DNA of 64,000 nt from Octopus vulgaris (Eukaryota). Both the position numbers and the translations under genes were made by a program. The notes under the pieces are model-generated. The model worked only from the letters and a program-made list of their open reading frames with translations. It was not told the DNA's origin and ran no database searches. The stretch spans positions 23,684,001 through 23,748,000 of the forward strand of contig OX597837.1 of the NCBI GenBank assembly GCA_951406725.2. The letters run 5' to 3'. Positions 11,305 through 22,499 of this stretch are shown piece after piece (the first letter of the stretch is position 1; every line of letters begins with the position of its first letter).

Positions 11305-11790
11305 TATTTGAAATCGAAGTCAAATTTTATGACTGGCATCCGTGCAAGTAGAGCGCTAAAAGTACCATATGAGTGTGATCATTGCCAGCACAACAAGCTG
11401 GCTTCCATGCCAGTGGTACATAAAAAACATCATTTGAGCGTGATCGTTACCTGCGTCGCCTTACTGGCACTTGTGCTGGTGGCACATGAAAAAACATTCG
11501 AGCGAGGTCGTTGCTAGTGCTGCTGGACTGGCTCCTGTGCAGGTGGCACATAAAAAGCACCATTTGAGTGTGGCCGTTGCCAGTACCGCCTGACTGGCCC
11601 TCGTGCCGGTGGCACGTAAAAGCACCCACTACACTCTCGGAGTGGTAGGCATTAGGAAGGGCATCCAGCTGTAGAAACTCTGCCAGATCAGATTGGAGGC
11701 TGGTGCAGCAATATGGTTTGCCAGACCTGAGTCAAATCGGCCAATTCATGCTAGCATGGAAAGCGGGCATTAAACGATGATGATGATGAT
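11305..11790 (+). mobile_element. RTE LINE 3' UTR with about five ~65-bp hairpin-bearing units
   Basis: Repeated GTGC(C/A)GGTGGCAC(A/G)TAAAA(A)GCAC units, conserved tail, (GAT)n. Confidence 0.85.
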
Positions 11791-11894
11791 GGGTGTATAT
11801 AACTTTATAATTTATACACAAACATAGAATGCTACTAGCTGTAATATTCTCAAGGAGACTTGTACTTTAAAAACACTGGGCTTCACTCAGTCAA

Positions 11895-11940
11895 TTGCCA
11901 GACATGCTGTTTCAACCTGATTTAGTCTCCTCAGTGGCAA
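11895..11940 (-). ncRNA. Type I hammerhead ribozyme with canonical core
   Basis: Minus strand reads TTGCCA-CTGAGGA-GACT-AAATCA-GGTT-GAAA-CA-GCA-TG-TC-TGGCAA: 6-bp stem I, CUGANGA, stem II, GAAA, stem III, GUC cleavage triplet. Confidence 0.8.
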
Positions 11941-12121
11941 ATATCCCAGGTATACCAGAAATGCTTGTTCTAGTTAAAAAATTGGTGGGCAAAATACATA
12001 CTGATTCGTGTGAAAGCTTGCCAGTTTAGAATTCAACTAATATACATGCTTGAAACAGCCTTCGGTTAAAATACCAGTGTGTAATAAGTTTTATAATGTG
12101 TATATATGTATGTCTGAAAAT

Positions 12122-12285
12122 GATGAGCTGGTGAAGTTAGCATGATGGGTGAAATGTTTAGTGGTATTTCATCTGTTTCTGTGTTGTGAGTTCAAATTCT
12201 GCGCAGGCCAGTTTTGCCTGTCATCCTTTCAGGGCTGGTAAAATAAGTACCAGTTGAGCACTGGGGTCAATGTAATTGACTTAAC
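12122..12285 (+). mobile_element. SINE-C, diverged
   Basis: GAGCTGG...GAGTTCAAATTC...TTTGCCTGTCATCCTTTC...AATAAGTACCAGTT. Confidence 0.7.
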
Positions 12286-12744
12286 TACTCTTGGGTAAGA
12301 GTATAAAAACTGCACCCATCTGCCAAGCTATTTTGAGCCAGGGTGGAAGAGTAGGCTCATCTAACCAGTATGATCTCAAGTTCAAATTCATGGCCTACAC
12401 ATCAGATTGCAGTAGATGAAGGGAACATGCTGAGGCATTCATCATGCAGTGGACTGAACATAGGCAATGCAGTCCAATCCATATGTATGTATAAATGATG
12501 GTATGTTCTGTAGAGTTTTTTTCACTAAATTCTGCTCACAAAGAATTGGTCAGCCTGAACCTACAGTAAGACATTTGTCAGGTGATGTGAAGTTGGATTA
12601 AACAGTTCATAGTTGTGATGCAGCTCTCTTACTTATTTGGTTGTGTTTGCAGCCACATGTGTTGTTATTTTGACCCTCACCTTACCTGCATCCTGCAACT
12701 CAACCCCTGATGGAGCAAAAGTATGATCAAAAATGTTTGTTTTG

Positions 12745-12966
12745 ATATTGATTTCAAATTTTGGCACAAGGCCAGCAAGTTGGTGAGGGGAAAGGCAAGT
12801 TGATTGTATTGACCCCAGCACTTAACTGGCACTTACTTTATCGACTCCTTAAAGGAAGACAAACAAAGTTGAACTCAGCGAAATTTGAACTCAGAATGTA
12901 AAGACTGACGAAATGTCACTAAGCATTTTGCCCGGCATGCTAACGATTCTGCCAATTCGCCACCTT
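12745..12966 (-). mobile_element. SINE-C
   Basis: Reverse complement of the SINE-C head (TAACGATTCTGCCA) and body. Confidence 0.75.
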
Positions 12967-13292
12967 AATGGCTGTTTTAATATTACCATCCTGTCATGTA
13001 AAATGCGTTTTTCTTTTCCTAAGGTATGACTTCAAGAAAATTCTGCTAATATTTCAGCTGGTTGAGCTCTTTCATGGTGATTACAGTTGTAGGAACATCA
13101 CATGAATATTGAGGAAATTGAGAAAGGGAAAGAGTTAGTTTGATCAGGAAGAATGGACCTTGTTAATGCTTTTCAGAATATCGATTCTCTAGATTTCTAT
13201 CCCTTATTTATAAATTCCCAATCTTGTGCTATTTATAAGAAATCATTACTTTCTAGAAGTATAGTTACTCTAAATAAGAAATGACTTGGATC

Positions 13293-13764
13293 ATAACCCT
13301 TTAGCATTCAGATTACTCTGTCAAATGTAATGCTTATTTATTCACATTGTTTTGAATTGATAATATAGTATATTATCCGTGGTGGTAACGAGCTGGCAAA
13401 CTCGTTAAGACAATAGGCAAAGTGCATAACGGCTTTTCGTTTGTCTTTATGTTCTGAGTTCAAATCCCACTGAGATTGACTTTGCCTTTCATTGTTTCGG
13501 GATCAGTGAAATAAGTACCAGTTGAAAACTGGGGCTAACGTAATCAACTTAGCACCCCACTCCCCGAAAATTGATAACCTTGGGCTAAAATTTGATACCA
13601 ATAATATATTATTTGATATCTTCAATATTTTGATGATGGGATCATCATATATTTTTAGAATGACATTGTAGAGCAGGTCTGAGAGGCTAGATCTGGCTGG
13701 TTTGAGTATAAAACAGGTAGAGTATTTGAGCCAGGTGTAGCCAGGTTAAATACTAAATAGTTAA
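13293..13764. mobile_element. piggyBac-like MITE with nested SINE-C (about 13385-13600, +)
   Basis: ATAA-CCCTTTAGCATT ... AATACTAAATAG-TTAA ends; body shared with 34047-34240 and 63801-63913. Confidence 0.65.
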
Positions 13765-13982
13765 TAACCTGTCCAAATCATGCTCGCATCGAAAATGGAT
13801 ATGAAAGGATGACGATAGTGATTGTGGTGATAATGGTGATGATGATGACTGTAAATATTTCTGTTTACCATTGATATCATGGTTTATAGCATTGATTCCC
13901 TAGCAATGGACATGATGCCATAGCTGCCGGGCACAAAGTTCTCATTAACATGATCCACTATTTTTCTTAGTCAATACTCTCT

Positions 13983-14360
13983 CTCTTTAACTTGTTTCAG
14001 TCATTTGACTGCGGCCATGCTGGAGCACCGCCTTTAGTCGATCAAATCGACCCCGGGACTTATTCTTCGTAAGCCCAGTACTTATTCTATCGGTCTCTTT
14101 TGCCGAACCGCTAAGTGACGGGGACGTAAACACACCAGCATCGGCTGTCAAGCAATGCTTGGGGACACACAAACACACACACATATATATATACATATAT
14201 ACGGCAGGCTTCTTTCAGTTTCCGTCTACCAAATCCACTCACAAGGCATTGGTCGGCCCGGGGCTATAGCAGAAGACACTTGCCCAAGATGCCACGCAGT
14301 GGGACTGAACCCGCAACCATGTGGTTGGTTAGCAAGCTACTTATCACACAGCCACTCCTG
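13983..14360 (-). mobile_element. SINE-A, full length, young
   Basis: Near-identical to 32599-32993 and 54043-54472; CpGs retained. Confidence 0.9.
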
Positions 14361-14829
14361 CTGTACTTTTTCCTTGTACTCAGTACTTAAAAGAGTTATT
14401 GGCAGATATTTTTGTGTTAAATAATTGTGATGAAATATTAAAAATAAAGTGGTTATTTTTCAACCACAACTGCAGCATGCATTTCTCTATCCTGTTATTA
14501 TTTTTATTGTATTTGTATTTGTATAACATTGTCCATTTTTTTCCATCCTTGTTTTTGTATACATTCACTGCTTTCTTCCAAGGAATCTAATGCTCTTAGC
14601 TTAGTTTTTCCTTGGGGCTGGCCAGATTGGAGCAATCTCAATTATAATCAGCCGAAATTGCAAGGATAATCTGGTGCTTGACTGAGGAAAGAAAACTTCG
14701 AATGACCCATCCTTGTTTTCCTTGTATCATCTATCTGGATGTTTTGTTGTCTCTTTTTGTATCACCTAGCTGTCCGGATGTTTTGCGTTCTTGTCCCATT
14801 TTGTATTTTTATATATATATTCATGCTGT

Positions 14830-15405
14830 CCTTGGGAAGACACATCAAGCAAAGTGAAATTGCAGTTGTTGCTGATGCTGGTGTTGCATGACCGGCACAT
14901 AAAACGTATCTTTCAGGTATTGAGCCTCTCAGAGGTAAAGTGGTTCAGCTCCTTTCAAATGTTGTGCCTCACCGAGTCAAAGACCGACACCTTAGGCATT
15001 ATGTTGTGCTTGAGAAGAAGACCCATCAAGCCAAGTGATATTGCAGTCATGACAGATACTGGTGTCATGCAAATGGTACCCATGCCAGAGGCACGTAAAA
15101 GCCCCTTTCAAGCATTGGGCCTCATAGAAGCAAGGGCCGCGACCATTTGGCATTATGCTGTGCTTGAGAAGTAGATCCATGAAGTCTAGTAAAACCGCAG
15201 TTGTGGCAGATACTAGTGTCATGCAAATGGCACCCATGCCAGTGGCACATAAAAGTGCCCATTATACTCTCAAAGTGGTTGGCGTTAGGAAAGGCATCCA
15301 GATGTAAAAAACCATGCCAAAACAGACTTGAGTCTGGTGCAGCCTCCCAGCTTGCCAGTCCTTGTCAAACTGTCCAACCCATGCCAACATGGACAACAGA
15401 CATTA
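14830..15405 (+). mobile_element. RTE-derived non-autonomous element with tandemly reiterated ORF-end segment
   Basis: GGCATTATG(T/C)TGTGCTTGAGAAG (ORF end, WHYAVLEK) twice about 210 bp apart, then the RTE tail; related copy at 16110-16470. Confidence 0.7.
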
Positions 15406-15409
15406 CATA

Positions 15410-15558
15410 TACGACAGACTTCTTTCAGTTTCCATCTGCCAAATCCACTAACAAAGCTTTAGTAGAAGACACTTGCCCAAGGTACTGCACAGTGGGACTG
15501 AACTTGGAACCATGTGATTGGGAAGCAAGCTTCTTACCACACAGCCACACCTGCGCCT
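15410..15558 (-). mobile_element. SINE-A 5' half
   Basis: CTTTCAGTTTCCATCTGCCAAATCCACT...CTTACCACACAGCCAC. Confidence 0.75.
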
Positions 15559-16109
15559 GATAGTGTAACATCTGTACATCACTGAATTTAAGTGCCGAAA
15601 GCTTGGACAACACTTTTGTCACTCTCTCAGTTGCCACTGTTGGTTCCAGTGACAGCTTTGCAAGATGACTGGTATTTGAGTGCAAGTTTTATGTCAGAGT
15701 ACCTTCCTCCTAGAAGAGCTGCCTTCCCCATGGCTTTGTCTAAAAAAAAAATTTTTTTAGATAACCAGGAGCCTCTTCTGTAATCGTTGGTTATGGCCAG
15801 TCAGAAAGTGACCATTGGTTTCATGCCTGTAATTGCTCTTAGCTGTATAGGCAAATCATTCGACTTACCAGCTGAAAGCTCATAAATTCTTTCCTAATGG
15901 AGGTAGTCTTAATCAGTGTGGTGGTGAAATAAAAAACGCTTCTGGGAGAGATTGAAATATATCCCTTTGAATGGTAAAAGTTGTGTATAAAAGGTTCAGT
16001 TTATGTATGTTTTCTGTTCACTTATTAACAAGTCAGGGTATTCCATGTTTCCAACATGAATTTATTAACATGAGGGCACTGACTAAACACTTAACATTTT
16101 GAGTGAGTG

Positions 16110-16470
16110 AGTTCCTTTCAAGCGTTTGGACCTCATGGAGGCAAAGTGGCTGAATTCCTTTCAAATGTTGGACCTCACGGAAGCAATGACCAAAACCTTT
16201 GGCATTATGTCATGTTTGAGAAGAAGACCCATCAAGCCAAGCAAAATCATAGTTGTGGCAGATATCGATGTCATGCAAATGGCAACCATACCAGTGGTAC
16301 ATAAAAGCACCTTTTGCACTCTTGGAGTAGTTGGTGTTAGGAAGGACATCCAGCCATAGAAAACCATGCCAAATCAGACTGGATCCTGGCACAGCCTTCC
16401 TGCATGCCAGCCTAGTCAAATTGTCCAACCCATGCCAGCATGGACAACGAACATTAAATGATGGTGATGA
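16110..16470 (+). mobile_element. RTE-derived element 3' end
   Basis: Homologous to 14830-15405. Confidence 0.7.
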
Positions 16471-16564
16471 TAATGAAGGCCCCTTGGACCAAACAAACTT
16501 TTTGGGATTCTTGCCCTCTTGGCCAAGCAAAGTGTGCATCATCCGCTGATGTATATATACACAA

Positions 16565-16715
16565 CAGGCTCCTGTCAGTTTCTGTCTATCAAATCCACTC
16601 ACAAGGCTTTAATCAGCTTGAGACTATAGAAGACTCATGCCCAAGGTGCCACACAGTGGGACTGAACCTGGTACCATGTGGTTGGGAAGTAAGCTTCTTA
16701 CCACACAGCCATGCT
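16565..16715 (-). mobile_element. SINE-A 5' half
   Basis: Reverse complement of the head. Confidence 0.75.
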
Positions 16716-16745
16716 TGCACCTTTTTATAATTTCTATTAAATATT

Positions 16746-16910
16746 ACACTCATGGAGTGGTTGGCGTTAGGAAGGGCATCCAGCCGTAGAAACACTGCCA
16801 GATCTGACTGGGCCTGATGAAGCCTTCCGGCTTCAGACCCCAGTTGAACCGTCCAACCCATGCTAGCATGGAAAACGGACACTAAATGATGATGATGATG
16901 ATGATGATGA
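16746..16910 (+). mobile_element. RTE LINE 3' terminal fragment
   Basis: Conserved tail plus (GAT)8. Confidence 0.85.
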
Positions 16911-17429
16911 TTCTGTTTTTCCAGGTGAAAAAAGAAATGCTGAAATAGACGGATTAAGCATTTTTACGAGAAATATTTAAATTTACACTTAATGATAATC
17001 AAATATTTTCAATTTTATTATTTATTTTATTTTATTTTATTTAGTTTTGTTCAAAACAAAAATCTTATTTTTCAGCTTTGTTAAACAATGTCTGCAAAGT
17101 TTTCTCAGCTTTTGTGCTTAAACTTTATAAATGTTTGAAGGACATTTTCTCTTTCTGTTTTTTTTTCTTTTCTTTTCTTTTGGTTTGTTTTCAACTAGCG
17201 TCTAGTTGAAATTATGTATTCAAACAGACATACGAACATATACACTTTAACATCTTTGCATACATACATATACACACGCATACATACAGATGCATGCATG
17301 CATGGACACACACACACACACACACAGAGCCATGCATAAATATATATCATATGTTAATATATATATATGTACTGTACATACACAAACATACATACTCATA
17401 TATAAATAATAGAAATAAAAATAATAATA

Positions 17430-17788
17430 GTGATTTCAAATTTTGGCACAAAGCCAGCAATTTTGGGGGCTCGGGTAAGCTGATTACATCAACCCCAGTG
17501 ATCAACTGGTGCTTATTTTATTGATCCCGAAACGATGAAAGGTAAAGTCAACCTCAGCAGAATTTGAACTCAGCAGTAGTTTGTCTGTCACTACATTTCT
17601 AAGTAATTCACCTGGGATGCTAACGATTCTGCCAGCTTCCCACCTTACTACTACTGATAATAATGATTTCAAATTTTGGCTGAAGGCCAGCAGTTTTGAG
17701 GGTGAGGGTAAGTCAATTACATCGACCCCAGGACATATTGGCACTTATATGACTGACCCTGAAAGAAGGAAAGGCAAAAATCAACCTT
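17430..17788 (-). mobile_element. Two tandem SINE-C copies
   Basis: TGATTTCAAATTTTGGC at about 17431 and 17663, each followed by the reverse complement of the SINE-C body. Confidence 0.7.
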
Positions 17789-18776
17789 GAGTGGCTGTGT
17801 GGTTAAGAAGTTTGCTTCCCAACCATATGGTTCTGGGTTCAGTACCCCTGTGTGGTACCTTGGGTAAGTATTTCTGCAATTGCCTCAGGCCAACCAAAGC
17901 CTTGCAAGTGGGTCTTTCGTAGACAGAAACTGAAAGAAGCCTATTGTGTGTATGAATATATATATATGTGTGTATATATCATCATTATCATCATCATCAT
18001 CATCATCACCATCATTTAACATTCGCTTTCCATGTTGGCATGGGTTGAACAGTTTGACTGGGGAATGGCGAGCCAGATGACTGCTCCAGGCTCCAATCTG
18101 ATCTGGCAGAGCTTCTACAGCTGGATGGCCTTCCTAATGCCAACCACTCTGAGAGTGTAGTGGGTGCTTTTACATGCCACTGGCATGAGGGCCAGTCAGG
18201 TGGTACTGGCAACAGCCATGCTCAAATAGTATTTTTTACGCGTCACCTACACAAGAGCCAGTCCAGTGGCACTGGCAACGACATTGCTCGAATGTTGTTT
18301 TTCATGTGCCACTGTCACAAGTAAGGTGACACTGGTAACGATCATGCTCGAATGGTGCTTTTTACGTGCCACCAGCACAGGAGCCAGTCAGCGGCCCTGG
18401 CAATGGTCATGCTCAGATGATGCTCTTAGCGCTTCACTAGCATGGACGCCAGTCATGCAGTGCTGTCATTGAATTTGATTTCGATTTCACTTGCCTCAAC
18501 AGGTGTTTGTATGTAGAGTTTAGTGTCCAATGAATGAAAGGTATGCATAAATGGGCTGGTTTCACCACTGGCATAGGCCACGAGTTATAGTCTCACTTGG
18601 CTTGCTGCATCCTCTCAAGCACAGCATATTTCCAAAGGTCTCGGTCACTAGTCATTGCCTTGGTGTGACCTAATGTTCGAAGGTTGTGCTTCACCACCTC
18701 ATCCCAGGTCTTCCTGGGTCTACCTCTTCCACAGGTTCCCTCAACCGCTAGGGTGTGACACTTTTTCACACAGCTG

Positions 18777-18812
<36 letters not shown>

Positions 18813-19020
18813 TATGTGTGTGGTGGGGGTGTCTGTGTTTGTCCCCCACCACAGCTTGACAACTGGTGTTGGTGTGTTCATATCCCTGTTACTTAGTTGG
18901 TTAGACAAAAGTGTCTGATAGAATAAGTACCAGACTTTAAGAATTAATTACTAGACTCGATTCTTCAAGGCGGTGCCCCAGTATGGCCACAGTCTAATAA
19001 CTAAAATACTTAAAAGATAA
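17789..19020 (+). mobile_element. SINE-A split by an RTE insertion in its internal microsatellite
   Basis: 5' half 17789-17945, 3' half about 18830-19020. Confidence 0.7.
17980..18777 (-). mobile_element. 5'-truncated RTE-clade LINE (ORF C-terminus, 3' UTR, (GAT)n tail)
   Basis: Translation SCVKKCHTLAVEGTCGRGRPRKTWDEVVKHNLRTLG...SDRDLWKYAV has the RTE C-terminal GRGRP..W / DR..W signature. Confidence 0.9.
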
Positions 19021-19459
19021 CCAAAGGCAAGTCTCAACATGTATTTATTACTAGTTCCAAAATATACAATTTAACTTGAAAAAAGACATACCATGAAAAC
19101 ACATTGTAAAAAATTTATTGGCTTATATCTGTTTTAATAAATGGTTTGTACATATTTTCTCATGTATTTTATTAGATTTTCCAATTCAGTATTGGTTTTT
19201 AGGTGTTTTTTAAAAATTTTTTATACTTTTGAATATGTTTGCTGAATCTCATGTAAAATTGAATAAATTTGACTGAAGCTAAGGTTTAGATTTTTTTCCC
19301 GTTAATTTTTTAAAACAAGAAAAAAGCTTAAATTGAGAAAGATGTAAATCAAAAATAATACAAGTTTAAGTATGCTTGTACTAAGAAAACCTAAAATATC
19401 TGTTTATTCATAAAAATTTTGCATTTCATTCTTTTTTTTGGGGGGGGGGGGGGGGTTCA

Positions 19460-20087
19460 GTAAGTGTTATTTCCTATTTGCTTCTATCTAGAAAACAAAG
19501 GCAATGACCACCATTCCCTTCAAACTTTGCTTTTGTGACCTGGACACCAATGTCTTGAAACTGACCTATTTTCCATTACATTTCAAACAGATTCAGCACT
19601 GAGTTGCTGAAGCAGAAATACCATTTTAACAAATATTCTGTTCAGTACCACAGATATGCTTGACAGTTGCTTGACCTTAACCACTTGAGCATGTGCCTCA
19701 GTGGCTGACAATACGTGCATCTCTGATGATGAGCAAGAGTAGTTGGGGAGCATCATAGCTGTGTGTTGAGAGTGATTCTTTGTAGGGTTTGAATAAATAT
19801 AACAAAAGCAAAGTTTGAAGGGAATATTAGCCATTTTTTTATAGTTTCTAGGGGTAAGCAAATAGGAAATAACAGTTGCTACCCAAGGACAAAAATCATG
19901 TTACACAGTGAGCAGGAGTAAAGGGGGAGCATCATAGCCATGTGCTGAGAGGGATTCTTTGAGGTTTGAATAGATGTAAGAAAAGCAAAGTTTGAAGGGA
20001 ATATTAGCCATTTTTTCATACTTTCTAGGGGTAAGCAAATAGGGAATAACAGTTGCTACCCAAAGACAAAAATCGTGTTATATAGTG
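19460..20087. repeat. ~78-bp inverted repeat enclosing a LINE-UTR-like fragment, right part duplicated in tandem (~178 bp)
   Basis: 19460-19536 is the imperfect reverse complement of 19802-19882 and 19980-20059; interior 19631-19795 matches the reverse complement of part of 53133-53597. Confidence 0.7.
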
Positions 20088-20687
20088 TTATCATCAGCAT
20101 TATCATCAACATCATCATTATCTTCCTCATTATCATCATAACTGTTGTCATTATCGTCACGACCATACTTTCCATGCTGGCATTGTTTGGATAAGATATG
20201 GCAAGCCAGCATTCTCTTTTACCTTGATTCCACTGCTCATCAGTTGTTTGAAAATGAAACGAAACCATTGAGATAGAGGACATCATCGTTTATGAGAAAC
20301 TCAAACAAATAGTGACAATATAAGGATATATAGAAGCAAACGTTCACACATAAACACACACTAATATGTACACACACTCACATATATATATATATGTATG
20401 TATGTACATTATCATCATCATTTAATGTCTATATTTCATGCTGGCATGTGTTATGTTTATGTATGTCTGTGTGTGTGTGTATCTGTGTGTCTCATCACTA
20501 TTATCATCATTTAATGCTAGCGTGGGTAGGACAGTTTGACAGGAGCCAACCAAGCAGAAACCTGCACCAGGCTTCATGTCTGTTTTGGCAGAGTTTTTAC
20601 AGTTGGATGCCCTTCCAAACACTAACCTCCCAGTAGAGTGTGCATGTATATTTAATGTTATATATTTAATGTAATATATAATGTAAT

Positions 20688-20910
20688 GCGGCGACTGGCA
20701 GAATTGTTAGCATGCCGGGCGAAATGCTTAGCGGTATTTCGTCTGCCGTTACGCTCTGAGTTCAAATTCTACCAAGGTCGACTTTGCCTTTCATCCTTTC
20801 GGGGTCGATTAATAAGTACCAGTTATGCACTGGGGTCATGTAACCGACTTAATCCGTTTATCTGTCTTTGTTTGTCCCCTCTGTGTTTAGCCCCCTGTGG
20901 GCAATAAAGA
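20688..20910 (+). mobile_element. SINE-C, full length
   Basis: TGGCAGAATTG A-box-like, GAGTTCAAATTC B box, central GTCGACTTTGCCTTTCATCCTTTCGGGGTCGAT, tail TTTAGCCCC..GTGGGCAATAAAGA. Confidence 0.85.
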
Positions 20911-20932
20911 TATATATATACATATATATATG

Positions 20933-21134
20933 TGACTGTGTGTGTGTATCGTTGGCGATTTTTTTTTCCCTCATCTTCCCTTCCTTGGACCTTTCCTTTT
21001 TCTATGTTTCTGACGAAGAGCTCTGCTCGAAACGTTAAATCCTCCTTCTTTCTTTCCTTTCCTGAGCGTCCAATAACACTATACTTGTTCCACATCCTTG
21101 CATTGTTGTGTTTTCTCTTTGTTCATGTTTGGAT

Positions 21135-21138
<4 letters not shown>
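20933..21138 (+). mobile_element. Hammerhead-containing element, family G, probable Penelope-like pLTR
   Basis: Same start and end as 42843-43049; TA-rich on both flanks. Confidence 0.7.
21006..21040 (+). ncRNA. Minimal (dimer-type) hammerhead ribozyme
   Basis: GTTT-CTGACGA-A-GAGC-TCT-GCTC-GAAA-CG-TT-AAAT; intact core, GUU triplet. Confidence 0.7.
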
Positions 21139-21178
<40 letters not shown>

Positions 21179-21242
21179 GGAATGATATTATTAAAATACC
21201 ATCATGAGTGGCAAGCGAATTATCAGCTGTACAGGCAAATTA

Positions 21243-21638
21243 ATAAAATATATACATACAATATTAAATATGTACATGTATACACAAGGGCACTACATTA
21301 ACACCGAGCACCTACATCGCTAAAAATAGAAGTCAAAAATACTTCTGAGCCACCGAATAGTCACAAATCTATTACAGACAAGATAGGAAAAAATATCAGT
21401 GAACAACAATAACGTCTTACCTCTACTGGGTCAGAACAAGCATTTACTTGTCCTGACCCAGTAGAGGTAAGACGTTATTATTGTTCACTGATATTTTTTC
21501 CTATCATGTCTGTAATAGATTTGTGACTATTCGGTGGTTCAGAAGTATTTTTGACTTCTGTTTTTAGCGATGCAGGTGCTCATGTAGTGCCCTTGTGTAT
21601 ATACGTACATATCTAATATTCTATGTATACATTTTATA
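21243..21638. repeat. Long fold-back inverted repeat, arms about 198 and 192 bp, 6-nt loop
   Basis: Arms 21243-21440 and 21447-21638; about 11 substitutions and one 7-nt indel by manual alignment. Confidence 0.95.
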
Positions 21639-21697
21639 TGTGTATATATGTGTGTGTGTGTGTGTGTGTGTTTGTGTGCAAGCATGGTTGTGTGGTA

Positions 21698-21922
21698 AGG
21701 CGACGAGCTGGCAGAATCGTTAGCATGCCGGTTGAACTGCTTAGTGGTATTTCGTCTGCTGCTACGTTCTGAGTTCAAATTCCGCCGAGGTCGACTTTGC
21801 CTTTCATCCTTTTGGAATCGATTAAATAAGTACCAGTTACGCACTGGAGTCGATGTAAGAATCCGTTTGTCTATCCTTGTTTGTCCCCTCTGTGTTTAGC
21901 CCTTTGTGGGCAGTAAAAAAAT
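21698..21922 (+). mobile_element. SINE-C
   Basis: GGCGACGAGCTGGCAGAATCGTTAGC...TTTAGCCCTTTGTGGGCAGTAAA. Confidence 0.85.
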
Positions 21923-21925
21923 AAG

Positions 21926-22410
21926 TTGTGTGGTAAGAAGCTTTCTTCCCAACCACATGGTTCTGGTTTCAGTCCCACTGTGTGGCACGTTAGGCAAGAG
22001 TCTTGTACTGTATCCTCGGGCTGACCAAAGCCTTGAGTAGATTTAGAGACTGAAAGAAGTCGTGTATATATATATATATATTTGTATGCCTGTGTTTGTT
22101 CCCCCACCATCACTTGACATCTGATGTTGGTGTGTTTAAGTCCACATAACTTAGCAGTTTGATAAAAGAGACCAATAGAATAAGTACTAGGCTTACAAAG
22201 ACACTTTATTTCAGGTGTAGAAATGAGTTGCAACGTCACTGCTGTCAAGCTGTACCAGTTTTTGTCTTGGATAACATCAGTGGTGTGGAGAGGGGAGGAT
22301 GGTAAGCATGGGTGACAGCTGGTCTTCCATAAACAATCTTGCCAGGACATGTGTTTTGGAAAGGGACTTTCTAGGTGCAATCCCATGGTCAGTCTTGACC
22401 AAAGGGGGTC
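21926..22410 (+). mobile_element. SINE-A (21926-22200) fused to a SINE-B 3' part (22200-22410)
   Basis: Switches at CTTACAAAG|ACACTTTATTTCA from SINE-A to SINE-B sequence. Confidence 0.7.
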
Positions 22411-22419
22411 AATACCCTT

Positions 22420-22468
22420 GTATGTACATATGTATGCATGTATATGTGCATATATATATATATGTATG

Positions 22469-22499
<31 letters not shown>

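Noticed and set aside
14675-14715. Hammerhead-like CTGAGGA-AAG-AAAA-CTT-CGAATG in a T-rich element ending in (TA)n
   Set aside because: GAAT instead of GAAA and no stem I pairing; may be a decayed PLE end but not supportable
21185-21215. Minus-strand CTCATGA-TGGTATT-TTAAT-AATATCA as a hammerhead half
   Set aside because: G5 is substituted and GAAA and stem III are absent; suggestive only
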